A stretch of 64,000 bases of DNA from a virus. A model generated the notes under the pieces. That model saw nothing but the letters and a program-made list of their open reading frames with translations, made no database searches and had not been told where the DNA came from. The stretch is from the IMG/VR virus record IMGVR_UViG_3300034105_002260, one strand, 5' to 3'. Shown here one piece after another: positions 27,480 through 38,226 of the stretch (its first letter is position 1; each line of letters opens with the position of its first letter). Position numbers and translations under genes: made by a program.

Positions 27480-28853
27480 TTACTTTTCTGATACAATTTC
27501 AAATTTTATATAGTCATCATAGAATATTTCTTCAGTATGGGTTTTACCCTTTAATTCTATCCAATATTCTCTAGGTATGTAATTTTCCGTAAACAATGTA
27601 AATGAATTCTCATTTGTAACATCTAATTGAGTCCAATCGTGAACTATTACATTAGTTCTACCTTCCTTAATAAACATTCTATAATAAACCTCATCAAATA
27701 GTTCAGTTTTTGGTTGGTTTATTGATCTAAACTTAACCACGATTTTTCTTTTCTCACCCTTAATTATTTTCTCATTCAATTTAATACCTGAGTATTGTAT
27801 TGCGTACCTTTCTAATTCTGTCTGATTTTCACCAACAGTATAAAGTGACGTATAGGGCTTTGGTATAAATTTTTGTTTAACGTCGCCAATAGATACACCA
27901 TCTAAAGATAATAATTTCCATTTATCATAAAAGAAACGTTTTCCATCACATAAAACACCATTTAAACCAAAACTAACCTTATATACACCCTTTTTAATTT
28001 TTATAGGTACTAAATCATTTAAACCAGTGATGATGACATTATTACTATCTAATATATCAACTCTAGGTATTGTGTTTAAATCATAAAAATTAGTACCTTT
28101 AGTTACATATAGATATAAATTTTGAATTGTTTTTTCAACAAAATTTAGTCTGTCATCATTAATCCTATCGTTAAAATAAGTCTCAACGTATGGTTCAAAA
28201 AATGTTTGTGTATATTTTGTAAAGAAAGCAACGGATTGGTCAATTTCGGCGGTTATATCTTGATAAAGTACCGCAAATGCTAAACCTAAACCGTGATTTG
28301 TGTTACCACTAACTAAAATTCCGTTCACATATTGTGTAATATCCACGTCTAAATCCTCATTTCCATTATCAAAATGCATTGTTGTAACTATAGTTGGGGT
28401 ATTAGCATAAACACCTTCCGTAGTCCAAGGATTTAATGTTGTTCTATTAAACCAATTAGATGGTCTTTCATCAAAAGTTTCGTTACCTGTAGTAAAATCA
28501 TAACCACCATCTTCATAGTCAAAACCTAAACCTTCATCCCAAAATTCTGATATTTTAAAAACAATAATATCGAATGAATTGGTTCTTTGTCTTCCAGATC
28601 CTCTTTTAGCCCCTAAAAACGTTTCGTCACCAAATATAGTGTTGGTTAAACGTAAGGTGTGTTTGGTGTCGTTATTAATGACATATTCACCTAAATCGAT
28701 TTTATTTTTTAATTCACTAAAATCAACTTTGAATATGAATTTAGAAAATCCTGAACCATAAAAAATCTCCGTAGTTGGGTTCTTCGCAGTATTAACCTGG
28801 GAGTTTTTAATGATTGTATTATTTTTTTCAAAATATGAACGAAAATATGACAT
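27480..28853 (-). CDS. Putative virion structural protein
   Basis: Late motif at 28867-28874; beta-rich 457 aa. Confidence 0.6.
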   Translation of the reverse strand: MSYFRSYFEKNNTIIKNSQVNTAKNPTTEIFYGSGFSKFIFKVDFSELKNKIDLGEYVINNDTKHTLRLTNTIFGDETFLGAKRGSGRQRTNSFDIIVFKISEFWDEGLGFDYEDGGYDFTTGNETFDERPSNWFNRTTLNPWTTEGVYANTPTIVTTMHFDNGNEDLDVDITQYVNGILVSGNTNHGLGLAFAVLYQDITAEIDQSVAFFTKYTQTFFEPYVETYFNDRINDDRLNFVEKTIQNLYLYVTKGTNFYDLNTIPRVDILDSNNVIITGLNDLVPIKIKKGVYKVSFGLNGVLCDGKRFFYDKWKLLSLDGVSIGDVKQKFIPKPYTSLYTVGENQTELERYAIQYSGIKLNEKIIKGEKRKIVVKFRSINQPKTELFDEVYYRMFIKEGRTNVIVHDWTQLDVTNENSFTLFTENYIPREYWIELKGKTHTEEIFYDDYIKFEIVSEK

Positions 28854-28879
28854 CTCTCTTTTATTTTATAAATATCAAA

Positions 28880-30430
28880 TTAATTGATTCTAATCGATTT
28901 GTTCAAGAGATCATTCTCAATACTTTTAAGTAACTCCAATAATTGCATATATTCCTCGAATTCTGAGTTCTGAACCATAGGTCCAACTACGTTGTGTTCG
29001 TGGTTAAAAACAACTAAAATTAACTGTTGTAACAATCTTAGGAGATTCTCACCCCTAACTGTAGAATATGTGTTAGGTTCAATATTTTTTATATAATCCT
29101 CCTGGGTGTACTCGTATTTATCTAACGTGTTAAAATTAATAGATTTCTCAGTTTCATTAGTATCGGTTGATAATAGAAATAATTTGTCAGATTTTAATGC
29201 CGCAAATGTTTGTTCAGGTGAAGCCTTAATTGTCTTTAAATGTGTGGTTTTAATTTTCTGTCTTTTAACGGGTGGAGTCAATTGAGTTTGAGACCAAATT
29301 AATCCACTTTTAGGACCTATTTTAAAGACTTTAACCTTTGATAGGATAGTTTCCTTATCAGTTTCTTCGGTTACCGTTAATGGGGTCATTTCGATGAATT
29401 TTACCGATGGTCTAAAATACAATGGAAAATCCTCACCTTCTTTAGGTAATCCACTATTTGAAAGTTGGGAAAATAAATCACCAAAACTTCTTAATAGTCC
29501 TTTTAATCCTCTGTCTATTACAGTATAAAAAATGTTATTAATTTCACTATGAATAAAATTAATATTATTCGTTGTTATGTCAATTTTAAAGGTTGGGGTA
29601 GAATCTGTGTTGTCGGTATTAACTAATTTTAGTACACTCATTGGTAACGGTGTATTCTCATTAAAGAAACTAGTCTTAGTTACCTGACCAAAAGTTTTTA
29701 ATACTTTATATAGAAAAAATTCAATTTTTGTTGTGTCAGTTAATTTATCTATTTGATATTCTAAAATATATTTTATATCCTTAACTTCAGTATCGACCTT
29801 GGTTTTTGTTTTCTCCTCTAAAACCATTTTTTTAGAAAACTTCTTTAATGATAAAGTCGCCGCTGGTCTTTTACCCATTATTGGGTAAGTCAACATTTTC
29901 TTTCTGTTAGATGGACTTGCCGCTCCTTTTGATAATAACTTACCACCTCTTAATTGAAGACCATTCTCTGTGAATATAATATCTGAACCATACTTTCCAT
30001 AAACACCGTAATCACTTTTCTTTGCAAAAGACGATTCTGTTCTTTTGTCTATGTACTTATCGTTCTTGTCTACTATACTATCTCTCTCTTTATTTGCGTT
30101 ACCATATGTGGTGTTGTCAATTTGTTGTGAGAATGTTTGACTATTAAAATCAAACATAGTAGTAAATGGACCTGCAATATATTCTTGGTTGGTATTGGAT
30201 TTATCTGTGTTGTAATTAAGAATTTTTACTGCTTGATTAATTTCAGGAATAAAATTAATATTTGTTGGTAGGAATGGTATTGCCACAAATAAATCATTTT
30301 TACCCCAAGCTTCGTATGTTAACGCCTTTTCTTTTTCACCTACGTAATCTGAATATCGAACACAACGAATTCTACCCATTCCTTTTGGGTCAACGTTGTC
30401 GATACAAATACCAATGTCAATAATCTTCAT
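28880..30430 (-). CDS. Baseplate hub/spike protein with gp5/VgrG-like N-terminal OB-fold
   Basis: GICIDNVDPKGMGRIRC, P.INQAV, C-terminal VRGENL...HEH. Confidence 0.6.
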   Translation of the reverse strand: MKIIDIGICIDNVDPKGMGRIRCVRYSDYVGEKEKALTYEAWGKNDLFVAIPFLPTNINFIPEINQAVKILNYNTDKSNTNQEYIAGPFTTMFDFNSQTFSQQIDNTTYGNANKERDSIVDKNDKYIDKRTESSFAKKSDYGVYGKYGSDIIFTENGLQLRGGKLLSKGAASPSNRKKMLTYPIMGKRPAATLSLKKFSKKMVLEEKTKTKVDTEVKDIKYILEYQIDKLTDTTKIEFFLYKVLKTFGQVTKTSFFNENTPLPMSVLKLVNTDNTDSTPTFKIDITTNNINFIHSEINNIFYTVIDRGLKGLLRSFGDLFSQLSNSGLPKEGEDFPLYFRPSVKFIEMTPLTVTEETDKETILSKVKVFKIGPKSGLIWSQTQLTPPVKRQKIKTTHLKTIKASPEQTFAALKSDKLFLLSTDTNETEKSINFNTLDKYEYTQEDYIKNIEPNTYSTVRGENLLRLLQQLILVVFNHEHNVVGPMVQNSEFEEYMQLLELLKSIENDLLNKSIRIN

Positions 30431-30630
30431 TACGATTTAGTTCTTTTTTCTATTTCTTTATTAACTTTATTATATAAATCCTCAACTGCCTCTAAATGTC
30501 TAGTTAAGTCTATAATTAAAGTTTTTGTTTTTTCAAATTCAGCGCCTAATTCGTCTAACACAACAAATAAATCTTTATTTGATTTATTTTGAACGTCATT
30601 AGTTATTTCTATTATTTTATTTTTATCCAT
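30430..30630 (-). CDS. Small coiled-coil protein
   Basis: 66-aa ORF coupled to its neighbours. Confidence 0.6.
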   Translation of the reverse strand: MDKNKIIEITNDVQNKSNKDLFVVLDELGAEFEKTKTLIIDLTRHLEAVEDLYNKVNKEIEKRTKS

Positions 30631-30632
30631 TG

Positions 30633-32519
30633 TTAAAACATTTTACCAACTCCAGAAATTAAACCAGGAATAATAACCGCACCACCAGATGGTCCTGGTA
30701 ATGCTCCTGCTTTTAATGTTATTTTCACAAAAGAATTCTGATCCATTTCTTCCGTGTGTCCGTCTATTATGGATTTAACCAGAGTGCCAATGTTATTTGT
30801 TTCACCAAATATTGGACCTGTTTTTACACCCGAAGCCGCAACTCTTTCCATAACGTTCATAAAAGCTCTATCCTGACTATAACCTGGTAACATTTCAGAT
30901 AACAATAATAATATACCTGGAACCTTTAATGATATGTTTGCGGATAATGCCGCGGTTATTGCACTAATAACTGCACTGAATAAAGCGTAACAGTTATCAA
31001 TTTCAGTTTCAAGTATCTTAAGTAAAAACGAAATTAACGACTTTAAAATCGTTAGATATCTTTTGAATTTATTTTTCAATATTTTCTTAACAATTTTAAT
31101 TACAAACGCTATTAAATCTATTTTAACCAACTTCCAAAATTCTTGTAAAAATCTCCATAAAAGTTGACTAATAATTGTGTTAAACAATTTAGATAACATC
31201 TTCATTAATATTTTAACATTAATAGATTGATCGGTTATTGATTTTACAACTTTATATATTATAACAATTGGTAAAAAAATCTTAGGTGATAATAAACTTG
31301 ATATTAACGCTTTAGGTAAATTTAAAATGAATAAATTCATTAAATTTAAATTAAAATTAATTGGTGGAATGCTACTTCCAGAATCTAAATAAGCTTGAGT
31401 TGCAGTTCTACCTAAAGTAGAATCAACTAATTCATTTAATGGTTTTTTCTTACTAAAGTAAACAAAATCTTCAATTGTGGATGGATTAACTGGAGTTTCA
31501 AAATTATCACAATCTTTAAACTTTAATACTCTTCTAAATCTAGAGTCTTCATCATCTAAATCAATTCCTTCAACGTCATCAAAATCAAAATAAGACTCAA
31601 TGTCTTCATCGGTTTCATTAAACATATCAACCGCGTTTTGATTTTTTAATTCATTCTTTTTTGTTGGTGTTCCACAAATTGCACATAATTTTTGTAACAA
31701 TCTATTAACACTATTCATTCCTTTATTGAATAATGGATTATCACTACCATCTCCTTGAATAGTCATTAACATAGCCGTTTTGGTGATATGTTGAATATCG
31801 GGAAGTTCCATTGTGGAATAATAATCATTAAAAAAAGTTTCGACATTTAAACCATTAAAATCGGTAATATTAAATTCTTGATTTGCTTGGTCGAATTGAG
31901 CTTTAAAAAGTGTGTTATTATTATTAGAATCAAATTGATATGTTCCACCAGAAAAAATACTATATAGTTCTCTATTAACTTTTTCTTTACCTTTATCTGG
32001 TGATTGTTGTTCGTATACGATTTGTCCTGTTGAAGTTGTTGGATCAACAGTTAACATATGCATTAAATCTATTTCCTCTGGCTTAATTTTCACACTAATA
32101 CCCGTTAATGTAAGGTTAGCACCACAAATACCCTCACCAGCGAAGAATGCCTTCTTAACGCTACTTGTAACAATTTCTTTACTAGCGTCTAACGTTTTTT
32201 TAGCTGCGGTTAAACCGTGTTGTTTTAGTTTACCCTTCGATAACAACTTATCTGACGATTCTACCTTTTTACCTGAACTTAAAAATCCCTCAGCAATTTC
32301 AATTAAATCACCAAAAATATCTTTTTTGTTTTCTTTCTTACGTTTAGCCTTATTTAAGAAATCGTCTAATTTTTTACCAAAAAGTTGGTCTGTGGATGGT
32401 AAATCTTTAAGAAGTTTATCGGAAAGGCTATCCATTAAACTATTAGGGTCATCATTTATTTTTTTGATGACCTCTAGTTTTGATTGTAACCTAGCCTTAG
32501 TATCTTTAAGTTTACTCAT
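30633..32519 (-). CDS. Hypothetical protein with hydrophobic C-terminal helices
   Basis: 628-aa ORF. Confidence 0.65.
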   Translation of the reverse strand: MSKLKDTKARLQSKLEVIKKINDDPNSLMDSLSDKLLKDLPSTDQLFGKKLDDFLNKAKRKKENKKDIFGDLIEIAEGFLSSGKKVESSDKLLSKGKLKQHGLTAAKKTLDASKEIVTSSVKKAFFAGEGICGANLTLTGISVKIKPEEIDLMHMLTVDPTTSTGQIVYEQQSPDKGKEKVNRELYSIFSGGTYQFDSNNNNTLFKAQFDQANQEFNITDFNGLNVETFFNDYYSTMELPDIQHITKTAMLMTIQGDGSDNPLFNKGMNSVNRLLQKLCAICGTPTKKNELKNQNAVDMFNETDEDIESYFDFDDVEGIDLDDEDSRFRRVLKFKDCDNFETPVNPSTIEDFVYFSKKKPLNELVDSTLGRTATQAYLDSGSSIPPINFNLNLMNLFILNLPKALISSLLSPKIFLPIVIIYKVVKSITDQSINVKILMKMLSKLFNTIISQLLWRFLQEFWKLVKIDLIAFVIKIVKKILKNKFKRYLTILKSLISFLLKILETEIDNCYALFSAVISAITAALSANISLKVPGILLLLSEMLPGYSQDRAFMNVMERVAASGVKTGPIFGETNNIGTLVKSIIDGHTEEMDQNSFVKITLKAGALPGPSGGAVIIPGLISGVGKMF

Positions 32520-32899
32520 TATATTTTATAGTTATTGTTTTTAGATTCATTACCGTCGTTGACCAATTTATCTAAAAGTTCTCTATCTTCATCGGTTAAT
32601 TCTAATTTACCCATAGGTCCACCACCTTTTTGTCCAGATCCTTGTGTTTGTTTTAACATAACACTTTGAAGTTTAACTAGTGATATTTTCTTTTCGGTAC
32701 ACTCATTAAGGATTTTTTGTTGTTCCTTGATAACCGGACCAATTACACTCATATCTTCGGCGTCTTTCATAAAAGAAAGCATCTTTTTCATAATTAAAGA
32801 CGCGGTGTTTCTGTTCTCAACAACATCATTGTATATTTCTTGCATTAAGGATAATGCCGAATCTACATCTAGCGTAATATTATTTTTTCTCTCTCTCAT
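32519..32899 (-). CDS. Hypothetical late protein
   Basis: Late motif at 32903-32910, 3 nt before ATG. Confidence 0.6.
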   Translation of the reverse strand: MRERKNNITLDVDSALSLMQEIYNDVVENRNTASLIMKKMLSFMKDAEDMSVIGPVIKEQQKILNECTEKKISLVKLQSVMLKQTQGSGQKGGGPMGKLELTDEDRELLDKLVNDGNESKNNNYKI

Positions 32900-32913
32900 A
32901 CCTATAAATAGAT

Positions 32914-33612
32914 TTATTCTAAAAACCCTATCATTATTCCACTATATAGTTTTTTAAACCTTTTAAGGGAAATACGGATTTCTTTGGTTGATAGTGAGGT
33001 CATCTCCCTCAATGAAAGTAGGATGAGGTTTTTGTTAAACTTATTACCATCACCAACCTGAAATATTTTATCAAAATTGCTGAAAATCTCAAGTAAGGCA
33101 TAACCTAATTTTCGTTCATTTTCGGTTAAATCCTCGTTTTCAACAAATTCCTCTAATTCGTTGGTTAACTTAATGATAACATCTCTATAATCTAATTGAA
33201 ACGCATCTATAGTGTAGGATAAATCTGGTCTATCTTCAATTGATGAGGATATGTCGTCATAAGAGACACTACGGTTTTGTTCCTTAGTGTCTTTTTGAAT
33301 GGCACCCATAAGGTAGTTTTTACAAATTGTACCAAAATACGAATATGCCTTATGGTTTTTAGTGTGGTCGAATTTACTAATTTTAGTAATAAGAAAAGAC
33401 AAAGTGTCATTGTGAATTTCTTCAAATTCCATATCTTTTCTGTAAAGTTTATAACGTCGAATAATTGATTCGACCATTATAATTAGGGGTTCACGTAAAT
33501 ATTCATTGAATATCTTATTTCTTTCTGTTTCATCAGTACTTTCTAAGTAATTGACTACCGCCTTCTCTTGATCCTCCCCAAAGTATATTTTTTGGGTTCT
33601 TGGTCTTGGCAT
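32914..33612 (-). CDS. Phage late sigma factor (T4 gp55-like)
   Basis: Sigma region-2-like KFD.TK..KAYSYFGTICKNYL; N-terminal KIYF. Confidence 0.7.
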   Translation of the reverse strand: MPRPRTQKIYFGEDQEKAVVNYLESTDETERNKIFNEYLREPLIIMVESIIRRYKLYRKDMEFEEIHNDTLSFLITKISKFDHTKNHKAYSYFGTICKNYLMGAIQKDTKEQNRSVSYDDISSSIEDRPDLSYTIDAFQLDYRDVIIKLTNELEEFVENEDLTENERKLGYALLEIFSNFDKIFQVGDGNKFNKNLILLSLREMTSLSTKEIRISLKRFKKLYSGIMIGFLE

Positions 33613-34397
33613 TAAGCTTCCGCATATTTAACATCTCGTTTATTTTTAAAGAAAAATTCCTTTTTAGCTGTTTCTAACCAAAATTTAACTTCGTTTTCTT
33701 CTAACTTTACAGATTCGTCATTTTTATAAGCCCAGAATAGTGAATCTTCTCTAAAATTAACGTGTTGGTACCCAATTCTTGGGATTGACATAACTTTAAC
33801 ACCATTATGTGTTAATCTTAATAATAATTCGTAGTTAAATGTCAATTTAATATTGTCTTTTAATCCTCCATTATCTTTAACGACTTGAGTTTTAAATAAA
33901 CCACCACTAGTTTGATAATTTTGATATTCCAATAGTGTTTCGTTGTCTAAAAATCCTTGTTTTTCAACAAAACCATATGCCCAAGTTGATTCATTGGTAA
34001 AACTTAAAAATTTACCGTCAACATTTATATCTTTTACTATTGGTAGGAATACATCAACGTCACTATATTCTTTAATGTATTCATTTACAGATTTTAACCA
34101 TATAGATTTAAATTCGTCATCTATTTCTAAAATTGTGAACCAAGTTGTCTCACATTTTTCTAAACCTAAGTTTATTTGTGAACAGAAATCTGTTTTACCT
34201 TTATTTTCAATTACGTTAACTTCGATTTTATCTGATAATTGACCTAAGTCTTTTTTTACTGACGATGGACATACAACGGAAACCACAACATCGTTATGGA
34301 ATGATTCCAAAGATGATAATGCGTTTATTAACATTTCTCTATAGTCTCCGTCAATTCTATGAACGGGAATTAATACTGTGATATCTTTTTTATACAT
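33612..34397 (-). CDS. Glycosyltransferase family 2 (GT-A)
   Basis: ITVLIPVH, INLGL..C.T.WF.ILEIDD, YELLLRL. Confidence 0.75.
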   Translation of the reverse strand: MYKKDITVLIPVHRIDGDYREMLINALSSLESFHNDVVVSVVCPSSVKKDLGQLSDKIEVNVIENKGKTDFCSQINLGLEKCETTWFTILEIDDEFKSIWLKSVNEYIKEYSDVDVFLPIVKDINVDGKFLSFTNESTWAYGFVEKQGFLDNETLLEYQNYQTSGGLFKTQVVKDNGGLKDNIKLTFNYELLLRLTHNGVKVMSIPRIGYQHVNFREDSLFWAYKNDESVKLEENEVKFWLETAKKEFFFKNKRDVKYAEA

Positions 34398-35460
34398 TTT
34401 CTTCTACTTTTAATTTATCTAACGCTTTTTGTATTGTTTCAACTCTTTTATTTCTAAATGAATTGAAGATTGACAAAATATTATTTTTAGTTATTGATTC
34501 TTCATATGGTAATAAAGTTTCGGCCATTTTTTGTTTAACCTCATCTTTTAATTCCACTCCCTCTAACCAGGCTAAAACATATGTTCCTAAAATTTCAACA
34601 ATTTTATTTGAATCATATGTCCACATACCATTTTCATCTAACCAATCTGGTTCAACATTAGGAATTTTTCCAATAACTGGTATTCCACATTTTATTGATT
34701 CTAATGGGAACGTACCAAATGTTGATTCATCATCAACCCAAACAGAAACCATACATTCGTTTATTGCTCCTGCAAATTCACTATATGATAATTGAACCAT
34801 ATCCTTAAATGTTATCCATCTAAGTTGTGGGAATTTTAAATAGAATTCGGAAATTATTCTTCTATGAATAACTCGATCTCTACAACTAATTGCAATAAAA
34901 GGTTTTAATGGTTTTTCAGAAGGTTTAAAGTGATCCCCAATAATTGGAGGTATAATGTGTACAATCGCCTCCGGAAAAAACTCTAAGATATATCTTTTAG
35001 ATGCTTCTGTTGTAGTTATAGCTTTATCAAAACCATAATCCGACCATCTACTACCAACTGGTAACGTATCAAATATGTAATCTTTCTGTTGCACTAACAT
35101 AATTTTAACACATTTAATACTCGATAATTGTTGAAGTACATTTGAATAATATTCAGGTACCACTAACACATCGTCGATTTTTATTTCAACCTTATCGTCT
35201 TTAATAGATACGACAGGTATATCGTTATACTCACCCTCTAACCAATGAGATACTCCACCATATGTGTTATCCTCAACTAAAATTTTAGAAGTATAACCAT
35301 TTTGGTTTAAGGTCAACGCCATATCGTAGATATGTTTTACCGCTGCCCTTGGATTATTTTTTGTATCGTATGTTAAAAAATATACGACGTTTTCATTTTT
35401 GTCTAACCTACCTAGGGCTGACTCTAGTTTTTCTATGTTTTCTTTATTCATCATCTTCAA
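34390..35460 (-). CDS. GT-B glycosyltransferase-like protein
   Basis: VVPE, STFGTFPLESIKCGIPVIG (GT4-like E-x7-E region). Confidence 0.7.
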   Translation of the reverse strand: MKMMNKENIEKLESALGRLDKNENVVYFLTYDTKNNPRAAVKHIYDMALTLNQNGYTSKILVEDNTYGGVSHWLEGEYNDIPVVSIKDDKVEIKIDDVLVVPEYYSNVLQQLSSIKCVKIMLVQQKDYIFDTLPVGSRWSDYGFDKAITTTEASKRYILEFFPEAIVHIIPPIIGDHFKPSEKPLKPFIAISCRDRVIHRRIISEFYLKFPQLRWITFKDMVQLSYSEFAGAINECMVSVWVDDESTFGTFPLESIKCGIPVIGKIPNVEPDWLDENGMWTYDSNKIVEILGTYVLAWLEGVELKDEVKQKMAETLLPYEESITKNNILSIFNSFRNKRVETIQKALDKLKVEENV

Positions 35461-35722
35461 TTAATATTCCGTATTTTATTAGTGTGTTAAATGCAATCTT
35501 TAATGATACATTTACATTATTAGAGGCAAAGACCCCCATTTCTTCATCAACATCTTCATAATCATTTAAAACTCTATCTAAACACATTTTAATGATTTCA
35601 TATTTAAAGATGTTAATTTCTAAGGTTTCGCCTTCATCATCTTTTATTGTATTTCCGGTTCTACATTTTTCGGTGATTCCGTCAATGTCAATGTAGTAGG
35701 ATTTTCCAAAGAGTTCGACCAT
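35444..35722 (-). CDS. Hypothetical protein
   Basis: 92-aa ORF. Confidence 0.6.
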   Translation of the reverse strand: MVELFGKSYYIDIDGITEKCRTGNTIKDDEGETLEINIFKYEIIKMCLDRVLNDYEDVDEEMGVFASNNVNVSLKIAFNTLIKYGILIEDDE

Positions 35723-36294
35723 AATTCTTTTATTTCTGTTAATTTAGTTATTTCTTTTTCATTTGTAAAGTGTTCATTATAAGTGGTTTGAAATTTAATA
35801 ACACTCTTCCCTTCAGGTTTTAAATCGATAATTTTCTTATTATCTGTAACCCACATATCACATTTCTCCCATTCATTTTCAATATCATTAGATTTTATGA
35901 ATTTAATGTTATTACCTAAGAAACCATTTTTTGAAAGAAAGAATAATGTTGCAGGTTTTGATTTACCAACTTCATCAACACCAATCACTGTGATGTTATG
36001 TTGTGGATTATCAAAAATAATTTTATTTAAATCTGAGATTGAGGTTGGGTAACTGATGCCCGCGTGACCAAAAATTTCAATGGGATATTCTATGTAAGTG
36101 AAAAACTCAAACTCTTCCAATGATTGAAATTTGTATGAGTTAAGTAAGTTGTCGTTTTGGATTGGATATACGATATTGTATTCGAAATCATTTTCATTTT
36201 CGAATTCAGATTGTAAAAACGCATCTTTGTAGTGGTAGTTAAATTTTTGAATGAGGTTTCTTAAAACTCCATCTATGCTAATGTATATTTCCAT
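35644..36294 (-). CDS. HAD-like 5'(3')-nucleotidase homolog with degenerate motif I
   Basis: IYISIDGVLRN, CDMWVTDN, YNEHF; start placed at MEIYIS. Confidence 0.55.
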   Translation of the reverse strand: MEIYISIDGVLRNLIQKFNYHYKDAFLQSEFENENDFEYNIVYPIQNDNLLNSYKFQSLEEFEFFTYIEYPIEIFGHAGISYPTSISDLNKIIFDNPQHNITVIGVDEVGKSKPATLFFLSKNGFLGNNIKFIKSNDIENEWEKCDMWVTDNKKIIDLKPEGKSVIKFQTTYNEHFTNEKEITKLTEIKELWSNSLENPTTLTLTESPKNVEPEIQ

Positions 36295-36375
36295 ATGGAA
36301 AAAGATAATGCGAATAAGGTTATAAGTAAACCCTATTCGCATTATTATATGGAGTCAAATTGTAATATTTTACAA

Positions 36376-37104
36376 TTAATCGTATCTATTTAAAATTTCT
36401 CCAATGATTGGATTTCTAACTATATCTTCCATACCAAATTCAAAAATTCCAATTCCTTTTAAATCTTGTAATCTTTTTTTAGCGTCATATAAACCTGACT
36501 TAGTTTTGTCTCTAAATTTATCTGATTGTTCAAGGTCACCAGATAAGAAAAATTTAGAACTAAATCCAATACGAGTAAGTAATAATTTAATCTGTGAGGG
36601 ACTTGCGTTTTGAGCTTCTTCAAAAACAAGTATGGTATTATCCACGTTCCAACCTCTCATATACGCTAAAGCGGCAACTTCAATATAACCCTCATCTTTT
36701 AAACGTTCTCTTGCTTCTTTACCTATAATTTTATTTAATAGATAATATGACGGGTAAATGTATGGGTCTAATTTTTCTTCTAATCCACCTGGTAATGAAC
36801 CCAATTTTTCTTCAGCTTCAACCGCTGGTCTAACTATGATGATTTTTTCATATTTGTTAGAATCGTCGTGTAATAAATCTATTGCCCTTTTCATTGCAAT
36901 ATATGACTTACCAACACCCGCAGGTCCAAAACATAATGTTATTTGGTTTTCACCAAGAATATTCCAATAAATTTCTTGGTTTTTGGTTAAAAATTTCTCC
37001 TTTGGCTTCTTTATTATCTGTCTGATTCTTTCCTTATGTGATGTTTTTCTTTCTTCCACTAATACAGGTGGTTGGGGTTTACTAGATCTAGGTTTTACTG
37101 CCAA
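36376..37104 (-). CDS. phoH: PhoH-family ATPase
   Basis: GPAGVGKS, RPAVE.EE.LG.LPG, AYMRG, EEAQN, LLTRIG, GDL.QSD, DIVRNP. Confidence 0.92.
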   Translation of the reverse strand: MAVKPRSSKPQPPVLVEERKTSHKERIRQIIKKPKEKFLTKNQEIYWNILGENQITLCFGPAGVGKSYIAMKRAIDLLHDDSNKYEKIIIVRPAVEAEEKLGSLPGGLEEKLDPYIYPSYYLLNKIIGKEARERLKDEGYIEVAALAYMRGWNVDNTILVFEEAQNASPSQIKLLLTRIGFSSKFFLSGDLEQSDKFRDKTKSGLYDAKKRLQDLKGIGIFEFGMEDIVRNPIIGEILNRYD

Positions 37105-37148
37105 AATATTTTGTTTTTAAATTCTAATTTATTATTAATAAATATCAC

Positions 37149-37769
37149 CTATTTCCCCGTACTACCAAATCCACCCTCACCTCTATCGGTTTCGGAAAGA
37201 CTGTCAGAATTGACAAAATTAATCTTTGGGTAAGGTAAAATAATGATTTGAGCTCCTCTTTCACCTATTTCATAAATAACTGACGAATCTCCCTGTGTTT
37301 TTTTGAATGTTGCTTGAAGTTCACCTCTATAACCACTATCAATTACCCCCACTGAGTTTGTTAATAATAGGTCCGTTTTACGAACCGATGATCTTGGGAA
37401 AACTAACCCAACAAACCCAACAGGAATCTCTAATGCAATACCAAATCCATAAGAAATGTCTTCGGTTGTGTTTTTAATAACTTCGGTTATTGTTAAGTCC
37501 ATTCCCGCATCACCAGACTTAGAATATGTTGGAATGATTGCGTTCGGGTTTAATTTTTTAATTTTAACATCGGTGGTAAATCCTGCCGCGGCGTAATTGT
37601 CTTGTACGTCTGTTGTTAATTGTTTTAGTAGTGAATCTAATTCACCAATAAAAGATAGGTCTTCTCCATCCTCATCGGACATTTCTTTTTCTAAATCCTT
37701 TAATTTACTTATGTAATCTTCTAAATCTCCCTTTTCCATTATGAATTGGTTTTCTTTTCTATTATCCAT
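37149..37769 (-). CDS. dut: Trimeric dUTPase with N-terminal extension
   Basis: GDAGMDL, PRSS, GVIDSGYRGE, AQ, RGEGGFGSTG. Confidence 0.92.
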   Translation of the reverse strand: MDNRKENQFIMEKGDLEDYISKLKDLEKEMSDEDGEDLSFIGELDSLLKQLTTDVQDNYAAAGFTTDVKIKKLNPNAIIPTYSKSGDAGMDLTITEVIKNTTEDISYGFGIALEIPVGFVGLVFPRSSVRKTDLLLTNSVGVIDSGYRGELQATFKKTQGDSSVIYEIGERGAQIIILPYPKINFVNSDSLSETDRGEGGFGSTGK

Positions 37770-37957
37770 TTATCTAATGCCTTAATTCTTTTTTTAAGGT
37801 CATCATCTTGAGGTCTTAAACAAATTTCTACAAATAAATCTGTTATTCTTGTTAACTCTTCAACAGTAACCAAAACACCTACTGATGTAATGTACTCTAG
37901 CGCCATTTTACTTTGTGATTGACGCATAATTTGTATTTCTCTACTATAGAATTCCAT
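37739..37957 (-). CDS. Hypothetical protein
   Basis: 72-aa ORF beginning with an I.RQSQ.K.A motif. Confidence 0.55.
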   Translation of the reverse strand: MEFYSREIQIMRQSQSKMALEYITSVGVLVTVEELTRITDLFVEICLRPQDDDLKKRIKALDKWIIEKKTNS

Positions 37958-37983
37958 AATTCAGTTGGTGTTTTGGTTTAATA

Positions 37984-38214
37984 TTATTTGTAGTATTCTG
38001 GTGTGTTTTTATTATCGATTACACATTCGATTGCCATTTTGGCTACGGAAATACTTTCACTTGAGCGAGTATCACCTGATCTGTACTTAGATGCCACAAT
38101 TGTTGCTTCTTCTACTGATTCAGCTTCGATAATGTACTTGTACTTCTTAACACGAGCGTTTCCTTCTCTGTCCATTTGTTCGGTTTCATAACCGATAGTT
38201 ACTAGATAATGCAT
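37984..38214 (-). CDS. DUF4494-like protein
   Basis: Y.V.I.YE...G..RVKK..YIIEAESVEEA resembles the Bacteroidota DUF4494 pattern. Confidence 0.5.
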   Translation of the reverse strand: MHYLVTIGYETEQMDREGNARVKKYKYIIEAESVEEATIVASKYRSGDTRSSESISVAKMAIECVIDNKNTPEYYK

Positions 38215-38226
38215 AGTTGTTTTTAT

